Assembly (NCBI GenBank): GCA_046595915.1
Contig: JBKJSI010000430.1
Location: 1-19,078 of the forward strand
Direction: 5' to 3'
From: Pirellulaceae bacterium
GTDB lineage: Bacteria; Planctomycetota; Planctomycetia; Pirellulales; Pirellulaceae
DNA length: 19,078 nt
The notes beneath the pieces were generated by a model. The model had not been told where the DNA came from. It did not search any database and worked only from the letters and a program-made list of their open reading frames with translations. The translations under genes were made by a program, and so were the position numbers. Positions 1 through 8,295 of this stretch are shown one piece after another; the first letter of the stretch is position 1, and every line of letters starts with the position of its first letter.

Positions 1-1
1 T

Positions 2-523
2 GAAATTCCAACGGGCGAAGACGCCTGGCCCTTTGTCGTCATCGCCAACGAAAGCCTCGATTACCTCTGCTCCGCGCGCCGCGACAAGCTCAACTTCACA
101 CCGGGCCAAATCGTGTCGCTCCAAAACGACGAAAAACTCTATCCCGATCGGTACCAACTCTTCTCCCCGCGCGGCGTCGCAACGGAAATCGTCGCCCGCA
201 GTGGCATATTAACCGTCTCGACCACCAATGAGCTCGGCATCTTTCGACTCAAAGGAAGTCGCGGCGGTCCCCTCACCCGAGGCTTCAGCGTCCGCCTTCC
301 TGTTGGCGCGACCGACTTAAGTCGAATTCCCAAGCCGCAGTTGGAAGAGTCCTTTGGTAAAGATCGCTATCAGGTTGCCCGCAATCTGTCGGAGATCGAG
401 CACAGCCTCACCAGCGCCCGTCGCGGGCGCGATTTCTACCCCATGATCGTGTCGCTTCTGGCCATCGTTTTCGCCCTCGAAAACTTACTCGCCAATCGCT
501 TCTACAAAGGAGCGACGCGGTAA
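2..523 (+). CDS. 3' end of a hypothetical protein with a single C-terminal transmembrane anchor (YPMIVSLLAIVFALENLLA). It is partial because the gene starts upstream of the window.
   Basis: Frame 2 is open from position 2 with no upstream stop, so the 113..523 ORF in the track is only the tail of a longer gene. It ends with a hydrophobic helix plus a short basic tail. The stop at 521-523 lies 13 bp before the next ATG, which suggests an operon. Confidence 0.55.
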   Translation, partial: EIPTGEDAWPFVVIANESLDYLCSARRDKLNFTPGQIVSLQNDEKLYPDRYQLFSPRGVATEIVARSGILTVSTTNELGIFRLKGSRGGPLTRGFSVRLPVGATDLSRIPKPQLEESFGKDRYQVARNLSEIEHSLTSARRGRDFYPMIVSLLAIVFALENLLANRFYKGATR

Positions 524-535
524 CGCGCGACAGTC

Positions 536-2800
536 ATGCTTACTTGGTACGCCGAACCGATCGCCAATGGCTACCTCCCCGTCTTTTTGGCGGTGGCGAT
601 GCTCTTTGCGCTCGCATTCCTGCGACCCACTTTCCGCGACCTCGATCCCAAAAAGCGGCGAGTCCTACTTGGCCTTCGAATCGCGCTTTTACTTCTACTT
701 GCGTTAGCGATGCTCCGGCCCGGCCTGATGCTGGTGGAGGACAAACAGCTCCCCTCGGTGCTGCTCATCATGCTCGATCGCAGCAAAAGCATGCAGCTGC
801 CCGACACCGACTCGTCAAAAACGCGCTGGCAATCGCAATTGCAAACGCTCCGCGCGGCCGGGAAAAAGTTTGACACCGTCGCCAAGAAGATGGAGATCAA
901 AGTCTTCGCGTACGACTCTAAGCTCCATGACGCCGATGCCAGTAAACCAGATTTAGGCCTTCCCAAATCGCCCGATGGCATCGAGACCGATATCGGCACC
1001 AACCTCTCTGATCTCGTGCAGCGCGAGTCGGGGCAGAAGCGAATCGTCGGCGTCGTGCTCCTCGGCGATGGCGCCCAGACTGCGATCACGCCGCGCATCG
1101 ATCCGCAAGATGCCGCCCGTGAACTCGCGCAAATCGGCGCTCCGCTCTTTCCCATCGTTTTCGGTCCCGTCGGTTCCGGCGAACAGTCTCGCGACGTCGC
1201 CGTCGAATCCCTTCCCGATCGCTACGACGTCTTCATCAAGAACATTCTCAAAGTCCAAGGCGCCGTTCGAGTCCGCGGCTTTCGCGGCAAACCGATCCCC
1301 GTCGAACTCGTCCTTACCGATCGCGCCGGCAAGTCCCAAGTGATCAAGCGAGAAATGTTCAAAGTTGAGCAAGACTCCGAGTTGATCGATGTCTCCATGC
1401 AGTACGTGCCCGACAAATCGGGCGAATTCCAACTTGCCCTCCGTGTTCCGCCTCAAGATGGCGAACTCGTCGCTAAGAACAACGAACTCGTTTCCTTCTT
1501 GCGGGTGCTCGATGGCGGCATTCGAGTTCTCTACATCAGCGGCACGCTCCTAGGCGAGCAAAATCGCCTCCGTCGCTCGCTTGATGCCTCGCCCGAAATC
1601 GAAATTGATTTTCAATGGCTCGATTTTCATGAACGGGCCAGCTGGCCCGTCAAACTCGGCCAAGTGCTTGGCCAAACCAAGTATGACGCGGTGATCTTCG
1701 AAAGCGTCCACGCTAGTGCGTTCACCGAAACGGACCTTCGCGAATTGGCAACCCTGATCGATCGCGGCCAAGGCTTCATGATGATCGGCGGTCTGTATAG
1801 CTTCGGCGCGGGAAACTATGGCGGCACCCCACTCGCGCCGGTCTTGCCAATCGAGATCGGGCGTTTCGAAAAACAGCAGCTTAACGAACCGCCTCGACCC
1901 GACCTGCACCTCGAAGGCCCACTCGTTGCACTTCCCAAAGCGGCACATTCGATCACCCGCATCGCCGCCGCCGCCGAGAACGAAGCGACCTGGAAAAAAC
2001 TCCCCCCGCTCGAAGGCGCCAACCTCTTCGAATCGGTCAAAGAACGCGGGCGCATCCTCCTCGCGACCCCCGACAACCGCCCGATCCTCGTCTCCAGCGA
2101 ATATGGCGCCGGGCGAGTCCTCGCATTTGCCGGTGAATCAACCCGCCGCTGGTGGAACTATGGCTTTCAAAACGAGCATCGCCGATTTTGGCGACAAGTC
2201 ATCCTCTGGCTTGTCCGCCGCGAAGATCTTGCGCAAAACGATGTCTGGCTCAAACTCGATCAAGCTCGCCTTACTCCTGGCGTTAAACTGACCTTCAGCG
2301 CCGGCGCACGCGGCGCCGAAGGCGAAGTGCTCACGGACGCCTCCTTTGTCGCCACGCTCAAAGGCCCCAGCGGCAAATCTTCCACTATCAATGTCACGGG
2401 TTCTGGCGAAGAATTTCGTGGCACATCGGCGCCCCTTCGCGATCCGGGGTTTTACTCACTCGAAATCGTCGCAACTCGCAACGGCAAGGAAATCGGCCGC
2501 GCCGCCAGCCAATGCATGGTGCTCGATCAAGACGTCGAAATGCAAAGCCTCGGCGCCGATATTGATCAAATGACTCGCCTTGCCGCTGCCACCAAAGAAG
2601 TCGGCGGTCACATGGTCGCGCCCGAACAACTTGGCGATCTACTCGACGAGCTCGCTGCCCAACCGGACGACCAAAAAGTTGAGGTCCGCCGCAAATGGGG
2701 CCTCGGCGATTCGGCGCCCGACGCTTGGATTTTTGTTCTCTTGATGAGCGCGATTTACACTGTCGAGTGGTTTTTGCGAAAAAAATGGGGCTTGGTGTAG
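536..2800 (+). CDS. 754-aa membrane protein with BatA-like architecture and a C-terminal TM anchor. It has an N-terminal double-transmembrane (BatA_N/TIGR02226-like) region, a vWA-like segment with a DxSxS MIDAS-like motif (LIMLDRSKSM) and a putative class-I glutamine-amidotransferase-like (DUF4159-like) C-terminal region.
   Basis: It is a long uninterrupted ORF with an ATG start 13 bp after the upstream stop. Two N-terminal hydrophobic helices are present (YLPVFLAVAMLFALAFL and LLGLRIALLLLLALAML). A DRSKS motif follows the second helix. The central VLYISG...GFMMIGGLYSFGAGNYGG segment resembles GATase1-like/ThuA-like folds. A terminal helix AWIFVLLMSAIYTVEWFL is present. Codon usage is consistent with the neighbours. 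Confidence 0.8.
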   Translation: MLTWYAEPIANGYLPVFLAVAMLFALAFLRPTFRDLDPKKRRVLLGLRIALLLLLALAMLRPGLMLVEDKQLPSVLLIMLDRSKSMQLPDTDSSKTRWQSQLQTLRAAGKKFDTVAKKMEIKVFAYDSKLHDADASKPDLGLPKSPDGIETDIGTNLSDLVQRESGQKRIVGVVLLGDGAQTAITPRIDPQDAARELAQIGAPLFPIVFGPVGSGEQSRDVAVESLPDRYDVFIKNILKVQGAVRVRGFRGKPIPVELVLTDRAGKSQVIKREMFKVEQDSELIDVSMQYVPDKSGEFQLALRVPPQDGELVAKNNELVSFLRVLDGGIRVLYISGTLLGEQNRLRRSLDASPEIEIDFQWLDFHERASWPVKLGQVLGQTKYDAVIFESVHASAFTETDLRELATLIDRGQGFMMIGGLYSFGAGNYGGTPLAPVLPIEIGRFEKQQLNEPPRPDLHLEGPLVALPKAAHSITRIAAAAENEATWKKLPPLEGANLFESVKERGRILLATPDNRPILVSSEYGAGRVLAFAGESTRRWWNYGFQNEHRRFWRQVILWLVRREDLAQNDVWLKLDQARLTPGVKLTFSAGARGAEGEVLTDASFVATLKGPSGKSSTINVTGSGEEFRGTSAPLRDPGFYSLEIVATRNGKEIGRAASQCMVLDQDVEMQSLGADIDQMTRLAAATKEVGGHMVAPEQLGDLLDELAAQPDDQKVEVRRKWGLGDSAPDAWIFVLLMSAIYTVEWFLRKKWGLV

Positions 2801-3478
2801 CGCGAACGATCGAAACGGCGCCCCGACATATCGAATTTGTCGCCGAACGCGTTCCACCGCTTCCGTTTGGCGTAGGGCCGGACGATTTTGGCGACGAGCG
2901 CGTACAGCAGCGAAACCAATTCGTTGCACGCCGTGCGATCTCGCGAGATCGTCGCGCCACGAGCTTGGCGGTTGGCCCTGAAGGCGTGCCCGCTGGTTTG
3001 ATTCGTGCTTCATCCGGGTTGTCGCATTCCGGAGTCGGACTCCCTGGCAAATTGGGTGACGCGGCCCGCGCTCGGCCGGTTACACCCATTTTTCCGCAGC
3101 TTAACAATCGGCTCCTCATTTGAGGTGATCATCTCGACGTACAGATTGAAAAAGAGCTTGTTTTCTTTAGGCTGCCTAGAAGGCCTAGATGGCCACTATC
3201 TAGGGCTTAGGTTGCCAGAGGAGGTCTTAGATTGCCAAGTTCATTTGCAGAGAGGGTGGCTCCGGCAGGTGCGCCCGTGGGCGGGCGCTTGGGCGCTCGT
3301 CGCGGCACGCCAATTTTACGAACCTTGTGGCGTCATTTGGTGGCGAAAATTGCCAAAAAATTCGCGGAATTTCGGGGGCAAATTGCCGGTCGAAGTTCTC
3401 GTGCTTTTGAGGCGGTTTTTAGGCAATTAGCCCCCGCCACCCGATGCCACTCGACGACGCATGTTTCTGGGACACGCT

Positions 3479-4765
3479 TTAGGGACCCATTAGGGACTCG
3501 ATTTCGTCGGCTTCGATTGGGATATCTTCCATCAAGTCCACCGTTCCGGTTTCGGTCACGAGGATGTTGTTCTCCAGGCGAACGCCAAAACCCTCTTCTT
3601 TAATGTAGATACCTGGTTCACAAGTCAACACCCAACCCGGCGTGATAGGTTGATTGATCTGGCTGAGGTCATGGACATCGAGGCCCAATGAATGGGCTAC
3701 ACCGTGCATGAAGTATTTTTTGACGGCTGGATTGTCGGGATCCTGCTTCTTAATGTCCGAGGGCTTCAGAAGCCCTAAATCAACACATTCTTTCGACGTC
3801 AATTCCTCGGTGAGCTTGCGAAGATCTTTCGTGTAGGCGCCCGGCTTCATCTCGGCGACGATCTGCCGGAAGATCCTCAGCACGGCTTGATACACCTGCT
3901 TTTGGCGACGTGAGAACTTACCTGTCACGGGAATCGTTCGCGTTAAGTCGGAGTTGTATTGGCCGTAGCCGGCCGCCACATCCATCAAGATAAGCTCGCC
4001 TTTTTTGCACACCTTGTCATTTTCGTTGTAGTGCAAAACGCAGTTGTTCTCGCCGGTACAAACGATCGGGTTATAGGCAAAAGTCGCCTTGTTTCGGATG
4101 AATTCGTGGGCGAATTCGGCTTCGATTTCGGCTTCGTTGACGCCTGGCTTGACCATTTTGAGGACGCGTAGAAATCCATCGCGTGTAATGCCGCAGGCCT
4201 TTTTGATGATGTCAACTTCGTGCGGTGATTTGCAGACCCGCATCTCGCTCATGATCCTCGCGAGGCGATGGTAGTGATGCAGCGGATAGGCTTCTTGGCA
4301 GTCGCGAATGAACTTGGCATCCCGCGATTGGACCTCGACTACCGAGCGCGGATGTTCGTTCGCATTGAGATAGACGTGTTCGAGTTCGCACATCAATGGA
4401 TGGAATATGCCTCGAAACTCGGTGAGATATTTGACATTCTTAATGCCGGAAATTCGAGTCGCTTCCTCCTTGGAAATCTTGTGCCCTTCCCAAACCTTGA
4501 GATGTTCGTTCGGTTCGCGAATGAAGAGAATCTCGCGCACCTTTTCGTCGAACGCGCTGGGCGCCAAAAGCAGCATCGTTTCTTCTTGATTGATGCCGGT
4601 TAGATAGAAAAGGTCCGAGTTTTGATGCAGCAACATCGTGCCATCACAGTTCGTCGGCATGATGTCATTAGAATTCAATACGGCGAGTGAACTCGGCAGC
4701 ATCCGGTTGACGACGCGCTCGCGATTGTTCTTAAAGAGTTCGACGGGGAGCGTTACGTTTTTCAT
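3479..4765 (-). CDS. pepP: Xaa-Pro aminopeptidase, M24B family (creatinase_N plus a pita-bread metallopeptidase domain).
   Basis: It carries the HGVAHSLGLDVHD and ENNILVTE metal-ligand signatures, and the DVAAGYGQYNSDLTRT motif is typical of M24B. I place the start at the internal ATG (MKNVTLPVELF...) at 4763-4765. The longer track ORF (to 4870) would translate straight through a perfect 16-bp palindrome. Confidence 0.88.
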   Translation of the reverse strand: MKNVTLPVELFKNNRERVVNRMLPSSLAVLNSNDIMPTNCDGTMLLHQNSDLFYLTGINQEETMLLLAPSAFDEKVREILFIREPNEHLKVWEGHKISKEEATRISGIKNVKYLTEFRGIFHPLMCELEHVYLNANEHPRSVVEVQSRDAKFIRDCQEAYPLHHYHRLARIMSEMRVCKSPHEVDIIKKACGITRDGFLRVLKMVKPGVNEAEIEAEFAHEFIRNKATFAYNPIVCTGENNCVLHYNENDKVCKKGELILMDVAAGYGQYNSDLTRTIPVTGKFSRRQKQVYQAVLRIFRQIVAEMKPGAYTKDLRKLTEELTSKECVDLGLLKPSDIKKQDPDNPAVKKYFMHGVAHSLGLDVHDLSQINQPITPGWVLTCEPGIYIKEEGFGVRLENNILVTETGTVDLMEDIPIEADEIESLMGP

Positions 4766-4815
4766 GGTTGCCTTTTCGTGTTGATATTGAGTTGCAAGGC
4801 TTCCTTGTCCCGAGG

Positions 4816-4851
4816 CGAAGCGTAAGCGAGGGATTCCTCGCTTACGCTTCG
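4816..4851. other. Perfect 16-bp inverted repeat with a 4-nt loop (cgaagcgtaagcgagg / gatt / cctcgcttacgcttcg). It sits in the 105-bp spacer between the CPBP protease stop and the pepP start.
   Basis: Read directly from the sequence. It lies 20 bp downstream of the CPBP TAA (4871-4873 on the minus strand). No U-tract follows on either strand, so it may be an intercistronic hairpin, an RNA processing site or an operator rather than a terminator. Confidence 0.6.
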
Positions 4852-4870
4852 GGTTGGGATGGAGAGCCAT

Positions 4871-5539
4871 TTAGTTGTTTCGACTTCGAACGAAATACAA
4901 GATTGCGATGAAATCGTATAAGCCATGCGCCACAATTGGCGCCAGAATATGGTCTGCGTAAAGATACAAGTAGCCGAGGATCACACTCATGAGCGTTGCG
5001 GCGACCAGATAGGTCTTGGTCATGGCATGACATAGCCCGAAGATCAGCGATGCGGCGCCGATCGCAATGCATTGTGCCGGAACAAAGTCGAACTCGAGTC
5101 GCTTCATCGCGTCCGCAACGCCTTGCTGCAAAAAGCCGCGGAACAACACTTCCTCGCCGATACCGGCCGCCCCCGCCAAAGCGACGATCTGCCATAACGT
5201 GGCTTCGCGCAGGAGCTTGGCCATCGCCTGTTCGACGACTTCACGCAGCCTCGCAAGCGGTTCCCAATTCAGTCGATCGAGTCCAGACATGACGACGAAG
5301 CAAACCAAGCCAACTCCAATTCCCAGGGCAATCGGTTTCACCAGTGAACCTTCTTCCACTCCGCTGGGACGCCCTAGTGCATGGATGCCCGCTGCCCAGG
5401 CGAGGAGGATTCCGACAACCGCGAGCCCTCCCTCGACGGCGATGAATAGCCAAATGGGTGAGGAATTGGTCTCCCTCCCCAATGATTTTCGTGACGAATT
5501 TTCCGGTGAATCCAAGGCAGGCTCGCTTCCATCGTTCAA
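4871..5539 (-). CDS. CPBP family intramembrane glutamic endopeptidase (CAAX protease / Abi-like).
   Basis: The three canonical CPBP motifs are present: EEVLFRG (EExxxR), FGLCH (FxxxH) and HGLYD (HxxxD). Multiple TM helices are present. The apparent start is TTG at 5537-5539, so the exact start is uncertain. Confidence 0.8.
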   Translation of the reverse strand: MNDGSEPALDSPENSSRKSLGRETNSSPIWLFIAVEGGLAVVGILLAWAAGIHALGRPSGVEEGSLVKPIALGIGVGLVCFVVMSGLDRLNWEPLARLREVVEQAMAKLLREATLWQIVALAGAAGIGEEVLFRGFLQQGVADAMKRLEFDFVPAQCIAIGAASLIFGLCHAMTKTYLVAATLMSVILGYLYLYADHILAPIVAHGLYDFIAILYFVRSRNN

Positions 5540-5712
5540 CCAAGACCACGCTTTGCAGCTCCGCTTTTTACGAAAAATCGAGCGTTTTCGCTACTTGCCC
5601 CAATACGGAGTTACTCGCCGCGAATTCGCCTGAACTGATAGCGCGACGCGACTCCTCAAATGACGCTATCATCCCGAAGCAGGGATTTCGCCTTCTTAAA
5701 GAGGACGTAAAG

Positions 5713-6339
5713 GTGCTCAGCTGGATTTTTCTTTTTTGTGCGATTGCCGGTGGCACGATCCTGGTTTGCCAGTTCTTGCTCACAGTGCTGGGCTTTGCCC
5801 ACTTTGGGGGCGACCATGATTTTGGCGGTGACCTGCACCATGACGGCGCGGCGAGCGACCATATCGATGTCGACCACGGCGATGGCCAGCCTAGCCACGA
5901 GTCGCATTTCGATGGCAACTGGCTTTTCGCCATGCTTTCGCTGCGAACCGTCACCGCTGGCGCAGCCTTTTTTGGCCTAGGCGGTCTCGGCGCGGCAAGC
6001 CTGCAACTGCCGGCGCTCGTGCAGCTTGGATTTGCTTCGGTTTGCGGCTTCACGGCTCTCTCAGGCGTCTACTACCTCCTTCGCAGCATGATGAAACTCA
6101 ACACCGACAATACCGTTCGGATCACTCGGGCGATCGGCCAGCGCGGCGTGGTCTATCTCACGATTCCCGCGCAGTCGTCGGGCGAAGGCAAAGTGCAGGT
6201 CACTTTGGCGAGCCGCCAAATGGAGTACCCGGCGATCACCAAGTGGGCCAACCCGCTCAAAACGGGCGAACTGATCACTGTCGTTTCCGTCGTCAACAAC
6301 TCCATCCTCGAAGTGACGCCGCTCGCGGGTGAAAAATAG
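5713..6339 (+). CDS. NfeD-like (YuaF/YqiJ-type) membrane protein with a C-terminal OB-fold beta domain. It is the partner of the downstream flotillin.
   Basis: A GTG start at 5713 is preceded by AAGAGGA (5697-5703), which is better supported than the long TTG/ATG-extended ORF starting at 5458. The protein has N-terminal TM helices, a His/Asp-rich loop (HFGGDHDFGGDLHHDGAASDHIDVDHGDGQPSHESHFDGN) and a C-terminal soluble beta-rich domain (VVYLTIPAQSSGEGKVQVTLASRQMEYPAITK...GELITVVSV) typical of short NfeD proteins. It sits immediately upstream of an SPFH/flotillin gene. Confidence 0.75.
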   Translation: MLSWIFLFCAIAGGTILVCQFLLTVLGFAHFGGDHDFGGDLHHDGAASDHIDVDHGDGQPSHESHFDGNWLFAMLSLRTVTAGAAFFGLGGLGAASLQLPALVQLGFASVCGFTALSGVYYLLRSMMKLNTDNTVRITRAIGQRGVVYLTIPAQSSGEGKVQVTLASRQMEYPAITKWANPLKTGELITVVSVVNNSILEVTPLAGEK

Positions 6340-6444
6340 CGCCCGCGAAATCGTCATAAACATCGCAACCATCCCGCAGTCCATTCAGCGTTCAAGGAAT
6401 TGCAACCTAAGTTTTCCTAATCGTTCTGCGAGACCATTGCGCCC

Positions 6445-6556
6445 GTAGGTCAGGCTCCCGCCTGACGGGACCGCGCAACTAGCCAACACTGCGTCAGGCA
6501 GGAGCCTGACCTACATGGAATTCACCTCAGCCGCGTCAGGCAGGAGCCTGACCTAC
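6445..6556. repeat. Three copies of a 24-bp stem-loop element in the NfeD-flotillin spacer. Copy A (6445-6468) is in inverted orientation and matches 22 of 24 positions. Copies B (6491-6514) and C (6533-6556) are identical direct repeats (gcgtcaggcaggagcctgacctac). Each copy contains a 7-bp stem gtcaggc/gcctgac with a 4-nt loop.
   Basis: Read directly from the sequence. A 24-mer perfect repeat cannot be a chance match in 19 kb. The inverted copy could pair with either direct copy as an alternative to the local hairpins. Confidence 0.85.
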
Positions 6557-6594
6557 CCAATACCAGCCTTCACAAAAGCCCCGGAGCTTTCCCC

Positions 6595-8199
6595 ATGCTA
6601 CTCCTCGCTCAATTACAAGACTTGCCAGCAGGCGTCATCACCGCCATCGCCATTGGCCTCGCCGCGATGGTCTTCTTCGGCTTCGTGATGTTCTTCATCC
6701 GTTGCTACAAGCGCTGCCCTTCGAATCGCGTGCTCGTGATCTATGGAAAGACCGGCTCCACCAAGGGCGCGGCAATTACCATTCACGGCGGCGCCAAGTT
6801 CGTCATCCCCGTTATTCAAGACTACGCCTACTTAAGCCTCGAACCGATTCAAATTGAAGTGCCGTTGCGCGGCGCCCTGTCCGCCGAGAACATCCGCGTC
6901 AACGTGCCGAGCGTGTTCACCGTCGCCATCGACACTCGACCTGAAGTGATGCAAAACGCCGCGGTCCGTTTGCTCGGTCTCGATAATAACCAGGTTCGCA
7001 AGCAAGCGGAAGAAATCATCTTCGGCCAGATGCGACAGGTAATCGCCTCGATGCAGATCGAGGAAATCAACCGCGATCGCGAGACGTTCCTCAAGCACGT
7101 TCAACATTCGCTCGAGCCCGAGCTCAACAAAATCGGTCTCCAGCTGATCAACGTTAATATCACCGACATCACTGACGAATCGGGTTACATCGACGCGATC
7201 GGCAAGAAGGCAGCCTCGCTCGCCATTCAACAGGCTCGCGGCGACGTCGCCGAGAATGAGCGAATGGGTGAAATCAAAGTCGCTAGCGCCGAACGCGAGA
7301 AAGCGATTCAAGTCGCGAATGCCCGTAAGGATCAATTGATCGGCACGCGCGAAGCCGCCCGCGATCAAGCGGTGCAAATCGCGAACCTCGAACGCGAACA
7401 GGGCGTCGCCGAGCAAAAAGCCAAGTTCGAACAAGAAAGCGCCGTTAAAGACGCCGAACGAGCCAAACGCGTTCAGATGGCCGACGCCGAAGCCACCGCC
7501 CTCACCGGCGAAAACTTGGCCCAAGCCAAAATCCTCGCCTCGCAAGCCGAACTCGCCGTCAAACGCGCCGAAGCCTTCGAAATCGGCGAAACTCGCAAAC
7601 GTCAAGCTGAAGCGAACGTGCTCGAAATTCAAAATCGCGCGATGGCCAAGGTCGCCGCGGCGGAAGCCGAACGTGCAGAAGCCGAACAGCGTGCGAAGCT
7701 CGAAGCGCCCGCTCGCGCCGCCAAAGCACAAATGATCGTCGAAGCCGAAGCCGCCGCCGAGAAAAAGAAGCTCGAAGCCCACGCCGAAGCGACCTCGATC
7801 TACGCCAAGCTCGAAGCCGAAGCTCGCGGCCAATATGAAATCCTCGCTAAAAAGGGCGAAGGTCTCAAATGCATCATTGATGCGTGCGGTGGCTCCAAGC
7901 AAGCCTTCCAAATGCTGATGCTCGAACATCTCGACAACCTGGCCGAAGCCTCGGCGAAAGCAATCTCGAACGTCAAGTTCGACAAGATCGTGGTCTGGGA
8001 TGGCGGCAACGGCAATGGAACCGGCAACGCCACTTCGAACTTCCTTCAAAGCATGTCAAAGACGCTTCCGCCGATGCTGCAAGTGATGAAGGATGTGGGC
8101 GGCGTCGAGTTTCCCGAAGCGCTTTTCAAGATGGAAGCCGAATCGAGCAACACGGTTAAAGCGGACGATAACAGCGCGGCAGCCGTTACGACGAAATAG
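6595..8199 (+). CDS. floT: Flotillin-like SPFH/band-7 protein (FloT/YuaG/YqiK-type). It has an N-terminal membrane hairpin, an SPFH domain and a long Ala/Glu-rich coiled coil.
   Basis: The N-terminal hydrophobic segment is followed by VLVIYGKTG...FVIPVIQDYAYLSLEPIQIEVP, which matches the SPFH core. An extended EA-rich heptad-like region is typical of bacterial flotillins. The conserved NfeD-flotillin gene pairing is present. Confidence 0.88.
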   Translation: MLLLAQLQDLPAGVITAIAIGLAAMVFFGFVMFFIRCYKRCPSNRVLVIYGKTGSTKGAAITIHGGAKFVIPVIQDYAYLSLEPIQIEVPLRGALSAENIRVNVPSVFTVAIDTRPEVMQNAAVRLLGLDNNQVRKQAEEIIFGQMRQVIASMQIEEINRDRETFLKHVQHSLEPELNKIGLQLINVNITDITDESGYIDAIGKKAASLAIQQARGDVAENERMGEIKVASAEREKAIQVANARKDQLIGTREAARDQAVQIANLEREQGVAEQKAKFEQESAVKDAERAKRVQMADAEATALTGENLAQAKILASQAELAVKRAEAFEIGETRKRQAEANVLEIQNRAMAKVAAAEAERAEAEQRAKLEAPARAAKAQMIVEAEAAAEKKKLEAHAEATSIYAKLEAEARGQYEILAKKGEGLKCIIDACGGSKQAFQMLMLEHLDNLAEASAKAISNVKFDKIVVWDGGNGNGTGNATSNFLQSMSKTLPPMLQVMKDVGGVEFPEALFKMEAESSNTVKADDNSAAAVTTK

Positions 8200-8258
8200 T
8201 CGGCGAATACTGAAAAACCAAGTTGGGGGAGGTGTCAATCAGGCAGCCTCCCCGCGAT

Positions 8259-8295
8259 AATGGCCGCGACACATGCTTCGCGGCCATTGCTTTTG
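8259..8295 (+). terminator. Probable rho-independent terminator of the flotillin transcript. An 11-bp perfect stem aatggccgcga / tcgcggccatt with an 8-nt loop is followed by gcttttgg.
   Basis: The GC-rich perfect hairpin sits about 60 bp after the flotillin TAG and is followed by a short T-run. A second, weaker hairpin (gggagg...cctccc, 8226-8253) precedes it. Confidence 0.5.

Noticed and set aside
3478-3497. Direct repeat ttagggac ... ttagggac at the pepP stop.
   Set aside because: An 8-mer repeated once is statistically trivial and partly lies within coding sequence.
2394-3603. Overlapping ORFs 2394..3119(-), 2639..3013(-), 2695..3123(+), 3005..3430(+) and 3232..3603(+).
   Set aside because: Their composition is non-protein-like (Arg/Pro/Gly-rich). 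They overlap each other and the ends of real genes, and none has an RBS. I treat the region as non-coding.
4766-4870. 35-codon N-terminal extension of pepP (track ORF start at 4870).
   Set aside because: It would translate through a perfect 16-bp palindrome. Homologues of M24B peptidases start near the MKNVTLP position.
5458-5712. 85-codon upstream extension of the NfeD-like ORF.
   Set aside because: It overlaps the divergent CPBP start region and has no TM or conserved features. A good RBS (AAGAGGA) precedes the GTG at 5713.
6445-6556. Whether the triple repeat is a CRISPR array.
   Set aside because: There are only three copies, one is inverted, the spacers are 22 and 18 bp, and no cas genes are nearby. 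It is better explained as a REP-like or RNA-structure element.
6832-8049. 405-aa minus-strand ORF inside the flotillin gene.
   Set aside because: It is the antisense of the Ala/Glu-rich coiled-coil region and gives low-complexity F/G/L-rich junk (GFGFELLFLGGGFGF). The flotillin frame on the plus strand is clearly the real gene.
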